From the NCBI GenBank assembly GCA_965242925.1, contig CBDEUM010000012.1, positions 1 to 64,000 on the forward strand: a DNA stretch of 64,000 nt, given 5' to 3'. The notes beneath the pieces are model-generated. The model did no database searches. It saw only the letters and a list, made by a program, of their open reading frames with translations, and was not told where the DNA came from. The position numbers and the translations under genes are program-made. The DNA is from Roseibacillus sp. Its GTDB lineage: Bacteria > Verrucomicrobiota > Verrucomicrobiia > Verrucomicrobiales > Akkermansiaceae. Positions 1-10,618 of this stretch are shown piece after piece (the first letter of the stretch is position 1; every line of letters begins with the position of its first letter).

Positions 1-10
1 CCAGCCTCCT

Positions 11-1345
11 TCACTTCCCAAGGCAGTAGAGGGTATTCTTACTGCGGAGAAAGACCCGGTTGTTGGCCAGGGCGAGGCTGCTGCGGTGACTCCGCATGGA
101 CTGGTCACCGAACTGCACCCGGTGCAGAAGATTGAATTTCCCGGGATCCGCCGCCACCACGAAGACCTCTCCGTTGTGGTCCTGAAAGTAGATCTTGCCA
201 TCCCCGCCGGTGGGCGAGGCCTCGATCTTGGCCCGGGTTCCGAGGGGGCCCATCCAGCGCACCTTCCCGCTCCGGGCTTCAACACAGCAGAGGCGCTTAT
301 CCTTGAATTCCCCGTTGAGAACGTAGAAATGGCCGTCGTGGTAAAGCGGCGTGCACACGTCGGAGGAGACTTCCTTGTCCTGGCTCTTCCACAGGAGCTC
401 CCCATTCTTCATGTCGACGGCGTAGATCGGGCTCCTTTTGGGAGCGCAGGCCAGCGCCACCCCGCTCCCGGCCACCGGGGAGGGCACCAGGCGCCAGTGC
501 CCGATTTTGTTGGGGTTCCATGTTTCCCAGCGCCAGATCTCCTTGCCGCTGGCCGGGTCGTGCCCACTCAGGGCGTCCCCCCCCGCGACCAGCAACTGCA
601 ACTTGCCTCCCTTATCCGCAGTCGGGCTGACCACCGGGCTGGTGAAGGCCTCCAGCGACTCCGCCACCGCCTTGGCGGGCCGCTCCGCCCGCCACTTCTG
701 CTCACCGGTGGCAAAATCGAAGGCCACCAGGTAGGATGGAATGCTGTTTGCGTCCTGCTTCCCCCGGGGCAACCCGGCGTAAGAAAAAGGCACGTCCCGC
801 TGCAGCACCTGCATGATGAGGTTTCCCTCGAAGAGGATGGGACTGGTGGAGAAGGTCCACTGGAAGGCGAAGTACTTCTCCCCGGGAGGAATCATGTTTT
901 TGCGCCAGATCTCCTTGCCGCTCATGTCGTAGACGATCAGTTCCCCGTTCCCGAAGAAGAAGGCCACGTGCTTCCCGTCGGTCACCGGGGACGGGGAGGA
1001 GAAGTCGCTCCGGTCATCGATATGCACCCTCCCTTTCGCGACCACCCGGGACCAGAGGATCTTACCGGTGGAGGCCTGCAGGCAGATCGCATGAATCTCC
1101 TTTTTCTCGCGATCGACGGCATTGACAAAGACGTGGTCATTCCAGACCACCGGGGTGGCGGCCGACGCCCCCGGCAACTCGGCCTTCCAGTCCACGTTCT
1201 CGGTAGGCGAAAACTTGGCTGGCAGTTTCAGGTCCTGCTCCCCGGATCCGTTGAAGTGGGGACCACGCTGGTTCGGCCAGTTGGGGGCCGCAAATACCAG
1301 GAAGGGAAAGGAGAACAGCAGCAGGGCAAGGTGGAAGGTCTTCAT
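11..1345 (-). CDS. PQQ-binding-like beta-propeller repeat protein (BamB-like, PVC-expanded family)
   Basis: Signal peptide MKTFHLALLL; WPNQRGP start motif; repeated 'G.ilW' propeller blades; SSP/STP turns. Confidence 0.85.
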   Translation of the reverse strand: MKTFHLALLLFSFPFLVFAAPNWPNQRGPHFNGSGEQDLKLPAKFSPTENVDWKAELPGASAATPVVWNDHVFVNAVDREKKEIHAICLQASTGKILWSRVVAKGRVHIDDRSDFSSPSPVTDGKHVAFFFGNGELIVYDMSGKEIWRKNMIPPGEKYFAFQWTFSTSPILFEGNLIMQVLQRDVPFSYAGLPRGKQDANSIPSYLVAFDFATGEQKWRAERPAKAVAESLEAFTSPVVSPTADKGGKLQLLVAGGDALSGHDPASGKEIWRWETWNPNKIGHWRLVPSPVAGSGVALACAPKRSPIYAVDMKNGELLWKSQDKEVSSDVCTPLYHDGHFYVLNGEFKDKRLCCVEARSGKVRWMGPLGTRAKIEASPTGGDGKIYFQDHNGEVFVVAADPGKFNLLHRVQFGDQSMRSHRSSLALANNRVFLRSKNTLYCLGK

Positions 1346-1502
1346 CTGATTCTGGAGCAATGGTTAGTGGATTGCGAACGGCTACTCAACACGATTTCCC
1401 CCCCGAGAAAAGCCCTTAGAGCCCATGGCACTCCATCGTGTCGGCCCTCCAGCCCTTCCCTCCGGCCTTGCCGTCCGGCGGACCGCTCCCTAGACCAGTT
1501 TC

Positions 1503-2702
1503 ATGCAGAATCCACCGGGACGAAGCCTGCTTTCGTGCGCCTTGCTCTTCCTCGCCATCCCCTCCCTCACTCCCTCCCTGCTGTCCGCCCCGGCCGGGGA
1601 GACGGTGGCTGCGCCGGAACCCTTCGTCCACCCGGGCCTCCTTCACAGCAAATCTGAGATTGCTTTCGTGCGAGGCAGGATTCGCGCCGGGGCCGAACCG
1701 TGGAAGACGGCCTGGGAGGCCCTCAAGTCCCATGGCCACGCCAGTCTGGAGTGGAAATCCCGGGCGCATCCCAACGTGGAACGCGGTCCCTACAACCGGC
1801 CCAGCGTGGGGGCCAACGAAATGATGAGAGACGCCCCCGCCTCCTATACCCATGCCCTGCACTGGACCCTCAGTGGAAAGAAAGAGCATGCCCGGAAGGC
1901 GATCGAGATCCTTGATGACTACGGATCGGTGCTGAAATCGGTGGGCCATCACGACGCCCGGCTTCTGGTGGGGATGACCGGGATCCAGTTCCTCAATGCC
2001 GCCGAGCTGATTCGCCATGGTGGGGCGGGATGGCCGGAGGACAGCCAGAGAGCGTTTCGAGGAGATGGTTCGCAAGGTCCTCTATCCCGTGATCAGAGAC
2101 TTCTTTCCCACCGCCAATGGCAACTGGGACGCCTCCATGATCCAGACCATGATTGCGATGGGAGTCTTTCTTGACGACCGGGTCATCTTCACCGGGGGGT
2201 GGACTACTTCAGGAGTGGCAAGGGCAATGGGGCGCTCACCAACTACTTCAACGAGATCGGGCAGTGTCAGGAGAGCGGACGGGATCAGCATCATACCCAG
2301 ATGGGGATCGGTTACCTTGCCTACGCGGCTGAAATTGCATGGAAGCAGGGCGTTGATCTCTTCTCTCTCGCCGATCACCGCCTCGCCAAGGGCTACGAGT
2401 ACACCGCGCGCTACAACCTGGGGCATGATGTTCCCTTCAGGCGTTACCGCAGCATCGACGGTCGTTACGACCATGCGGAGATCTCCAAGCGGGGCCGGGG
2501 CTATCAGGGGCCGATCCATGAGATCGCCTGGCGCCACTACCATGGACGCCTGGGACGGGAGATGCCCTTCACCCGGCAGGTGGTGGAGAAACAGCGTCCC
2601 GAGAAACCCCGCGGTGAATTTGTGCCCTGGGCCTCTCTCATGTTCGCGGAGGTCCCGGGAGACGCCGTCGACCGGAAGAAGCAATCCCCGCAAAATAACT
2701 GA
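1503..2702 (+). CDS. Alginate lyase family (PF05426-like) secreted protein, split by two frameshifts (~2055, ~2195)
   Basis: FVHPGLLHS, NGNWD and GQCQESGRDQHHTQMG motifs spread over three consecutive frames (ORFs 1503, 2017, 2199). Confidence 0.75.
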
Positions 2703-2959
2703 TGGCGGTGAACTGGATCATCGACTGCCTTCTCCGGGTCCTCTTTTTATCACAATTATCCAACGAATTGTCCCCGCAAGGGTCTGCATTGGTGATACTC
2801 GTCCTCAAGATCTGAACACCCTGAAATCCGTGCCACGCTCCCGAACCTGTCCCTCCCTCCGACCCGGAAATACTGTCCCCCTCAACGCCCCCCGGATGCT
2901 CTCGTCGATGGATCCTCCGACAGCACGCCGGACGGGTACTTCTGGCCCTCACGATTCTC

Positions 2960-3634
2960 TTGTTTGTGGCCCATGCTCCTTGCGCCCGGGCGGATCCGGA
3001 CCTCTCGCTGCGGATCAAGTGGACCGGGGACCTGTTTTCCTTTCGGCTGGCCGGGGATGACGGATCAGGAGAGTGGGTCCTGCAGCACTCTCCGGACGGA
3101 CGGGAGTGGGGGGATCTCCTGTTTCTGGGACGGGAGAATGAGTGGGGAGGAGTGCCGGGGGCGGACATCTCCCCGGCCGCGCTTCCCGTGCCTGAGGCCC
3201 CCTCGGCCTTGTTTCGGGCGGTCCAACTGCGCGGGGACGACCCGCTCTATCGCGACTACCTCGCCGCGCGCGCCCGGTGGAGGTCCGCCGACCTGCACAG
3301 CTACCGCTACGAGCTGCGCTGGAGCACCATGATCCTCTGGCTTGGAACGATCAGCGTGATCGATGATGAGGTGGTCTCCTATGAGCGGATTGAGGCCTTT
3401 CCCCCATTCTTCGAGGAGCCGCCGTTACTGAGGACGATCGATGGCCTCTTCGACAGGATCGCGCAGGCCCGGGCCAGCAATGCCGTGGTCATCCAGGTGA
3501 CATGGCATCGTGAGTTCGGCTACCCCACTTCCGTTTACATCGACCAGAGCCGCATGATTGCGGACGAGGAGCAGTGGTGGACGATCGAATCCCTGGAGCC
3601 CCTGCCTGAGCCCGTTCCTGCCGCCCTCCCCTGA
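2960..3634 (+). CDS. DUF6174-like domain protein; true start probably slightly upstream
   Basis: C-terminal TIDGLF...GYPTSVYID...IADEE pattern; in-frame hydrophobic leader RVLLALTILLFVAH upstream of the listed start. Confidence 0.65.
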   Translation: MFVAHAPCARADPDLSLRIKWTGDLFSFRLAGDDGSGEWVLQHSPDGREWGDLLFLGRENEWGGVPGADISPAALPVPEAPSALFRAVQLRGDDPLYRDYLAARARWRSADLHSYRYELRWSTMILWLGTISVIDDEVVSYERIEAFPPFFEEPPLLRTIDGLFDRIAQARASNAVVIQVTWHREFGYPTSVYIDQSRMIADEEQWWTIESLEPLPEPVPAALP

Positions 3635-3749
3635 GGTAAGAGGGCCTGATTGATGGCCTTCCCCTAGAGAGGTTTATCCTTCCGGTCGGTGAGCGGTCAT
3701 CCCTGATAGACGATGAAATGGCCCTTCCAGGAGCCCCAAGGCGACATAA

Positions 3750-5150
3750 AGGTTTGGCCGCTTCTAGTCCAGGTAGTCGGCCACCACTTCCAGGACGGTA
3801 GCCCTGGAACAGAACGACAATCCTTCAGATGCCGACGTTGGACGCTAGCTAGTTGCGGCCTCGACTGGGGGAATACCTGTCACCAGTCGGGACTGAGGAA
3901 GGTTTTTAGAGAGAAGTTGCGCAAATCCTCAGGGCCGCCCCTCGTTCCTCGTTCTTTGGCTCTCGCGCATCAGTGGAAATACGGACTCACTCAGGCCCAC
4001 CTTGAAGAACTTCAAAGGATGTCGCCGTCCTCTGACTTCATGAAGTGCCACTAGTTTCCCGTCTAGAGATTGAGATGTTGTCGATTATGTCTCTTTTTCT
4101 TCAGAACCGAAGACTGGTCAATTGGCCATTCAACTGAAGAAGAATTCCGCCGCGAGGGTTAGCATCCCACTTGAACCTACGGGCGAATTCGATCTACCTT
4201 ATCCCCACCTTTCGGGCAGCGATGATTACGGCTTCAGGACAGGGGTTCTGGTTTCCTAGTATGTACGGTTAAGACCAGCGCCGGGCAAAAGTTCGAATCG
4301 GCGCAACTCTGGAGTTTACCAGTGAAATCTCTATTCTCAGATTGCGACAATTCGCTTGTTGACATCCGGCATTTGCCATACCTTGGTTACGACTACTGCA
4401 GTGGAAGGAATTGCTCCAGTGACCTGTAGGTGATGAAAAGGACTCCGCTCCTCATTTCCGCAATGGGACATTAGCGGACGATGAGACATGCGTAACCGGC
4501 TAGGCCATTTGTATAAAATGAGCGGGGACGCGATAGTGAACGCAGACGATTATCTCAGGCTTCGCATGCGCCTATCCCGAACGCTAAGAAATTCATCACC
4601 GACGGCAAGCTGGCTTCATTGGTGTACGCACTCGCGCCAATGAAACTCACACTAATTCTAATGGTCTCAGGAGGAAACCGACCTGAAATAGCGCTTCCAC
4701 GCAAAGAAGGTTAGCAAGATCCCCCCATCCCCAGAGAATCGATTTATTGCACTTGAAGACCCGAGAAACATTTTGAGAAAAACAAATCCCGATATGAATC
4801 CTGCGATCGAGCGGGAATACTCGAGGGCCTGGATGGAAGCGGAATTGACCGGGTGATCTCGACTGTGGAATCGTTGCGGCTACGTGGCCTTCTACGGAAC
4901 CTTGAAGATACTCCGCTCGGAGGTAGCTGTTCACTTCATTGCCCTATCTCAAGTTATTGTCTATGTGGTACAACTGAAAAAAGCGCTCCACACGACAGTT
5001 GTTGAAGCAGGGCCCTTGAAGACGGAAACCTACCTGTCATTCAGGATGCATACGTTCCATTGTTCGAGTGGCTTTACGACAACTTCAGGAAGAACGCCCA
5101 AAAAGACCGGAGCTGACAGTTAAGTTGGCTACACGGATTTGCTACGAAAC
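3750..5150. other. Garbled, insertion-expanded copy of 5150-5640 (probable noisy-read artefact)
   Basis: Colinear shared words, e.g. CTGGAGTTTACCAGTGAAATCTCTATTCTCAGATTG (~4310 and ~5333), GACCGGGTGATCTCGA, TACGTGGCCTTCTACG, CCCTATCTCAAGTT, GGAAACCTACCT; no credible ORF. Confidence 0.75.
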
Positions 5151-5379
5151 CAGGCCAGTAAAGGCGACTAGCAGTTGATCCGGCCCGAGTAGCAAGCTGG
5201 GATTCCGTTCTTGACGTCTGGATCAGAAGTTTCGGCTTCGCCGGCCCCATCCTTGAAGCGGTGTCGCCGATGCCTCGATCATGTTAGTGCTAGCGCCAAT
5301 CTTCATTCCCTGTGGCAGCGCCGGGCAATCGGCTGGAGTTTACCAGTGAAATCTCTATTCTCAGATTGATTCGCTTGCC

Positions 5380-7197
5380 ATGAACATCCTGGGCATTTCC
5401 GCCTTCTACCACGATCTTGTCACCGACGGCAAGATCGTGGCAGCCGCTCAGGAGGAGCGCTTCACGCGCAAGAAGCACGACCCGGCTTTTCCCGCCAAGG
5501 CGATCGAATACTGCCTGGCGGAAGCGGGAATCGGACCGGGTGATCTCGATTACGTGGCCTTCTACGAGAAACCCTATCTCAAGTTCGACTGTTGGAAACC
5601 TACCTCGCGTTTGCGCCGAGCGGATTTGGCAGTTTCCACAAGCCATTCCGATGTGGCTGCGCGAGAAGCTGCATCTCCGCCGCGTGATCCGCAAGGGACT
5701 GGGGAGGGAATACACTGGGCCGCTGGTTTTCCCGGAGCACCACGAGACCCATGCCGCCAGTGCCTTTTTCCCGAGTCCCTTCGACGAGGCCGCGGTCCTG
5801 ACAGTCGATGGCGTGGGGGAATGGGCCACTTCCACCATCGCGGTGGGCGAAGGCAACAAGGTCAGGATCCTCCAGGAGCAACGCTTCCCTCATTCCCTCG
5901 GTCTTCTCTACTCGGCCTTCACCTACTACTGCGGCTTTCGGGTCAACAGCGGGGAGTACAAGCTCATGGGGCTCGCGCCCTATGGCCAACCAATCTACGC
6001 CGACAAGATCCGCGACCACTTGCTGGACATCAGGAAGGACGGCTCCTTCCGAATGGACCTGCAGTATTTCAACTACTGCCAGGGACTGACCATGACGAGC
6101 CAGAAGTTCCACCAACTCTTCGGGCAACCGCCGCGGCGGGCGGAGACGGAACTGAACCAGTTCTACATGGACGTGGCGGCGAGCGTGCAACTGGTGACCG
6201 AGGAGTTGATGCTGGCGATGGCGGCGCACGCCCGGGAAGTCACCGGCAAGGACAAGCTGTGCCTGGCGGGCGGGGTGGCGCTGAACTGCGTGGCCAACGG
6301 CCGGATCCTGCGGGAGGGGCTGTTTCAAGGATCATCTGGATCCAGCCCGCCGCGGGCGATGCCGGGGGCGCTCTGGGAGCGGCCCAACTCGTCTGGTATC
6401 ATTATCTCGACAACGAGCGCATCGCCGGGGGCGAGGGCGACCAGGGGAACAGTTGGTTCGGGCCGGAGTTTAAAACGGAGGAGATCACGGAGTTCCTCGA
6501 CGGGGAAGAGGCGGTCTATGAAATCTGTGCGAGCGAGGAGGAACTCTGTGAAAAAGTGGCCCAGCTCATCGCAGACGAAAAGGTCATCGGTTGGTTTCAG
6601 GACCGCATGGAGTTCGGTCCCCGGGCCCTGGGAGCGCGCAGCATTCTGGGCGACGCCCGCTCGGAGAAGATGCAGCGCACCATGAATCTCAAGATCAAGT
6701 TTCGCGAATCCTTCCGCCCCTTCGCCCCCGTCATTCTTCGCGAGAAAGTGGAGGAATACTTCGAGATGGAGGCGAACCAGGACAGCCCCTACATGCTGCT
6801 GGTGGCGCCCGTGCAGGAGGACAAACGGTTCACCCTCAATGACGAGGAGGCCGATCTGACCGGATTGAAGAAGCTCAATCAGAAGCGTTCGGTGGTGCCG
6901 GCAATCACCCACGTCGACATGTCGGCCCGCGTGCAGACCGCGGACACGCGACACGGGATCTATCACAAACTCCTCGAGGCCTTCCACGCCAAGGAAGATT
7001 CTCCCGTCCTGATCAACACCAGTTTCAACGTGCGGGGGGAACCGATCGTGTGCACGCCCGAGAACGCCTACCGTTGCTTCATGGGCACCAACATGGACGT
7101 CCTCGTGCTGGGCCACGTGATTCTGCGGAAGGAGAAACAGCCCAACGCCGGGGAGATTGACAATGCCAAGTATCTCAAGGAGTTCGCCCTCGACTAG
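5380..7197 (+). CDS. Carbamoyltransferase, NodU/CmcH/SxtI family (frameshifts ~5590 and ~6330)
   Basis: MNILGISAFYHD, AAQEERFTRKKHD, EHHETHAASAF, TVDGVGE, GGVALNC, QPAAGDAG, EFGPRALG, NTSFNVRGEPIV. Confidence 0.92.
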   Translation: MNILGISAFYHDLVTDGKIVAAAQEERFTRKKHDPAFPAKAIEYCLAEAGIGPGDLDYVAFYEKPYLKFDCWKPTSRLRRADLAVSTSHSDVAAREAASPPRDPQGTGEGIHWAAGFPGAPRDPCRQCLFPESLRRGRGPDSRWRGGMGHFHHRGGRRQQGQDPPGATLPSFPRSSLLGLHLLLRLSGQQRGVQAHGARALWPTNLRRQDPRPLAGHQEGRLLPNGPAVFQLLPGTDHDEPEVPPTLRATAAAGGDGTEPVLHGRGGERATGDRGVDAGDGGARPGSHRQGQAVPGGRGGAELRGQRPDPAGGAVSRIIWIQPAAGDAGGALGAAQLVWYHYLDNERIAGGEGDQGNSWFGPEFKTEEITEFLDGEEAVYEICASEEELCEKVAQLIADEKVIGWFQDRMEFGPRALGARSILGDARSEKMQRTMNLKIKFRESFRPFAPVILREKVEEYFEMEANQDSPYMLLVAPVQEDKRFTLNDEEADLTGLKKLNQKRSVVPAITHVDMSARVQTADTRHGIYHKLLEAFHAKEDSPVLINTSFNVRGEPIVCTPENAYRCFMGTNMDVLVLGHVILRKEKQPNAGEIDNAKYLKEFALD

Positions 7198-7204
7198 AAA
7201 CGCC

Positions 7205-7621
7205 ATGACGATTGCCGATTTCAATATCAAACCGAGCGCCAAGATGCTGCGCGAGTTCGGCATCATTGCGCTCTTCGGTTTCGGTTTCGTGGGGGCTCTG
7301 CTCGGACTGAAGTGGGAGGCCTGGACTGCGAGCTACGTGCTCTGGGCGCTGGGTGCGGTCTCATTCGTGCTCGCCCTGGTGCAACCCAGGTTGCTCCTCC
7401 CCCTCTACGTGGTGCTCATGGTCGTGGCCTTTCCGATCGGCTTCGTGATCAGCAACGTGATTCTGTTGGCACTCTACTTTGGACTGTTCACGCCCTTTTC
7501 AATGGTGTTTCGTCTCATCGGCCGTGACACCATGAAACGGAAGTTTGAGCCGGAGGCGGAGAGCTACTGGATCGACCGCACGGACAACAAACCGGTGTCG
7601 CAACGCTTCAGGCAATACTAA
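7205..7621 (+). CDS. SxtJ family membrane protein
   Basis: LREFG start, hydrophobic helices, 'FTP...RLIGRD.M.RK...SYW...FRQY' C-terminus; follows carbamoyltransferase. Confidence 0.8.
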   Translation: MTIADFNIKPSAKMLREFGIIALFGFGFVGALLGLKWEAWTASYVLWALGAVSFVLALVQPRLLLPLYVVLMVVAFPIGFVISNVILLALYFGLFTPFSMVFRLIGRDTMKRKFEPEAESYWIDRTDNKPVSQRFRQY

Positions 7622-7650
7622 CTTCCGCAACTTTCCCCATCCTTCCCAAA

Positions 7651-7860
7651 ATGAGCGACCAAGGCGACAAAAGCAAAGAGAACGAGTTTGAGCAGGCGAG
7701 CCGCGAGGTGAAGACGGGCTTCCTGGCCGAGATGGTCGGATTCCTGAAGGACAACAAGCGCTGGTGGCTGACGCCGATCGTGGTGGTCCTGCTTCTCCTT
7801 GGAGTCCTGCTGCTGCTGGCGAGCACGGGAGCGGCACCATTTATCTACACTTTGTTCTAA
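7651..7860 (+). CDS. DUF5989 (SxtK-like) small membrane protein
   Basis: FLKDNKRWWLTPIVVVLLL...AAPFIYTLF signature. Confidence 0.85.
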   Translation: MSDQGDKSKENEFEQASREVKTGFLAEMVGFLKDNKRWWLTPIVVVLLLLGVLLLLASTGAAPFIYTLF

Positions 7861-7866
7861 GAGGAC

Positions 7867-8055
7867 GGAAGTGATCTATTCCTGCCGGAGACTATAGTCG
7901 CTCACCACCGTCCGATAGCGGCGCGAGCCGAAAACGAGTCCGTTGTCGTGGCGCAGCAGCATGCCTTCCGGGGCGCTGCCCAGCGTTCCGAAGCGAGCGA
8001 GGAAGGCTTCTTCGAGGGCTCGCTCGGCAGTCCTGGCCCGGGCGGATACGGCCCT
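7867..8055 (-). pseudogene. IS3-family transposase (rve integrase core) remnant
   Basis: Minus-strand translation ARARTAERALEEAFLARFGTLGSAPEGMLLRHDNGLVFGSRRYRTVVSDYSLRQE*ITS; DNG motif of the DDE core; internal stop, truncated on both sides. Confidence 0.75.
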
Positions 8056-8106
8056 CTCACCGGCACCCTGTCAAGTGGACCGGGGAGTGAGGCCGGGGAC
8101 CCCGGG

Positions 8107-8545
8107 TCAACGGGGAGGCTTGGGACTCTCGATCCGGATCCCGTTCGGCATGATGGGCACGAAGCTGGCACCTTCCCTCGATGCCACATGGACGGTCACG
8201 ACCTCGCCCTTTGCAGGGACAGACGAATGCCCCTGTGGGCCTGGGATGGGGGGAATCCGCACGGCCACCTGCCAGGCCGTCACCACAATCTCCGCACCCT
8301 GTTTCACCCCCTTGCCCTTCGCTACCCCCGTGACCCGGAGCCTGATGGTGAAGACCCGGTCGCGATGAATCCCAATGGTCTTCTCCACCTTCGATTTCCG
8401 GGTCCTGGACTTCACCTCCAGCACCCTTCCCGTGATGATATGACTAGCCTTCTTCCGGAGTTCCTCCGGACCGAGAGGTGCCACCGCCGCCCAACTGGAA
8501 GCCTCCCATTGCCTGTCAGCATGAGAGCCGTGATCAGGTTCTCAT
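8107..8545 (-). CDS. Hypothetical secreted basic protein (5' end frameshifted)
   Basis: ORF 8107-8484 plus a signal-peptide-like LITALML segment upstream of it in another frame. Confidence 0.5.
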
Positions 8546-8608
8546 GTCTAAAGGCGATTGGGCATTTCCCCGCCCCCCCCATGGGTGCAGTAAAACAGCT
8601 TCTCCGGT

Positions 8609-9908
8609 TTACTCCTCATCCTCCGCCGCATCAGGTTCGTCCAGTCCCAGCAGTTCGGTCGCCTTGTCGTCCGGCAGGCTCTCCACCGACCGTAGTTTCC
8701 GCGCCATGACCCTCGTTCTCGTGCCGGTCTCCTCGATCGACCGACTGGCGGTGTCGAGCTGGCGTTTCACCTTGTCGAGCACTCCCCCGAACTTGCCGAA
8801 CTCCGTCTTCACCGCGGCCAGCACCTGCCAGGCCTCGCTGGCCTGCTTTTCGATGGCGAGGGTCCGGAACCCCATCCGCAGGCTGGTCAGCAGCGCGGTC
8901 AGGGTGGTGGGCCCCGCGATCAGGATCCGGTGATTCTGCTGGATCTCCTCCAGCATGCCGGGCTGCCGCAGGACTTCCGCATACATCCCCTCGGTGGCGA
9001 GGAACATGACCGCGAAGTCCGTGGTGGACGGTGGATTGATATACTTGGTCTGAATCTCCTTGGCCGAGTGACGCACGGTCCGCAGGAAGGCGTTCAGGGA
9101 CTTCTCAACGGCTTCAGCATCCGCCTTGTCCGCGGCCGCCTGCAGGCGCTGGTAATCCTCGGTGGGAAACTTGGAGTCAATCGGAAGCCAGATGCAGCTC
9201 CCGGGATCGTCTTCCGGTCCCTGGGAACTTGACCGCGAATTCCACCCGCTCGGTGGTGCCTTCCCTGGTCTGGACATTGGAAGCATACTGTTCCGGCGTC
9301 AGGGTCTGGTCCAGGATGTCCCCGAGCTGGTATTCCGCCCAGGTCCCCCGCGCCTTCACGTTGGTGAGCACCCGTTTCAGGTCCCCCACCCCGGAGGCCA
9401 GGTTCTGCATCTCTCCCAGCCCCTTCTGGACGTTCTCCAACCGTTCACTGACCAGTTTGAAGGACTCCCCCAGCCGCTTCTCCAGCGTGTCCTGGAGCTT
9501 CTCGTCCACCGTCTTGCGCATCTCCTCGAGCTTCTTCTCGTTGCCCTCCCGCAGCTCCTTGACCCGCTGTTCGAGATTCTCCCGCACCCGGTCAATGGCC
9601 CGCCGGTTGGATTCCGAAAGCTCCTCCAGTTTCTTGGCAAACCCTCCCAGTTGCGCGTTCTGGACCTTGCTGGTCTCCGCCAGGCTCTTGGTGAGCGAAT
9701 CGCTGCCGTCCTTGAGACCCCGCCCCAATTCCTCCCGGAGCTGCTGAGCGGCCTCCTGCGACTCTCCCCTCCCCGCCCGCAGTTCCTCGCGCAGGACCCG
9801 TTCCGCTGAAGCCGAGGAACCGCCCCTGGACCGCCCCAGGATCACGATCAGCAGCACCACGGCCGCAACCGTGCCAAGCAGGACAGCTAGTTGAATCAAG
9901 TCAGACAT
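8609..9908 (-). CDS. rmuC: DNA recombination protein RmuC (frameshift ~9210)
   Basis: N-terminal TM + coiled coil, RGTWAEYQL, WLPIDSKFP, TTDFAVMF, GPTTL, GFRTLAIEK. Confidence 0.92.
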
Positions 9909-9916
9909 CTTCCAAG

Positions 9917-10614
9917 TCAGGTCCCCTTCGTATTCCCGAACAATTCGATATGTAGCCTAGGACAGAAGCGGTAACCAGTTCGTTTGCACAACTCGGCAAC
10001 AAACTGGCCACGGTTCTGGAGGGTCTCCAGGGTCGGTTCCCTCCGGCATGAGGAGGACCTGCCCGGAACCGGGCTGGGGGGGTAACCCCACCCAGCAGTT
10101 CGTTGATCTCCTCGATCTGCCCGGGATCACTGACCACGAACTTGAACTGGCAGTTATAGCCGGCTGCCCAGGCATCGAGAACCTCCGGCATGATCCTGCA
10201 TTCCTCATGGCGCCGGGACCAGCCTTCACCAAACTGGTTCGCATCCGGAACGGAATCGGCCAGCTTGGGACTGAGGGAGGCCAGGTCACAGGTGATGCCC
10301 CGGGGCTCGATCGTTCCCGCAGTCTCGATGGTGATGTGATACCCGGAATCCTTGAGTTCGCTGGCCAGTTGGTGGATTCCCTTCGCCATCATCGGTTCTC
10401 CTCCGGTCAGGACCACATGGGTGGCTGGATGCTCCCGCACCCGGGTCATGATGTCTTCCACCGAGAGGGGCTCCCCCTCCGGTTCCCAGGAGGCGTAGGG
10501 CGTATCGCACCAGCGGCACCGGAGATTGCAGCCCGAGGTCCGCACAAAGACGGAGGGAACTCCTGACAGGAGGCCCTCGCCCTGTATCGAGTAAAATATC
10601 TCCGCGACCAGCAT
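9917..10614 (-). CDS. queE: 7-carboxy-7-deazaguanine synthase (radical SAM), 3' frameshifts
   Basis: EIFYSIQGEG, GCNLRCRWCDT, LTGGEP, IETAG, SLSPKL; true C-terminus YRFCPRLHIELFGNTKGT* in another frame. Confidence 0.92.
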
Positions 10615-10618
10615 CTCT

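Noticed and set aside
86..3060. Long antisense and alternate-frame ORFs (e.g. 86-1657, 2017-3060 and many similar across the window)
   Set aside because: Shadow ORFs expected at high GC; they overlap well-supported genes and lack motifs, apart from short stretches used across frameshifts.
5380..7860. Saxitoxin biosynthesis
   Set aside because: Only the widespread sxtIJK-like trio is present; the core sxt genes are absent.
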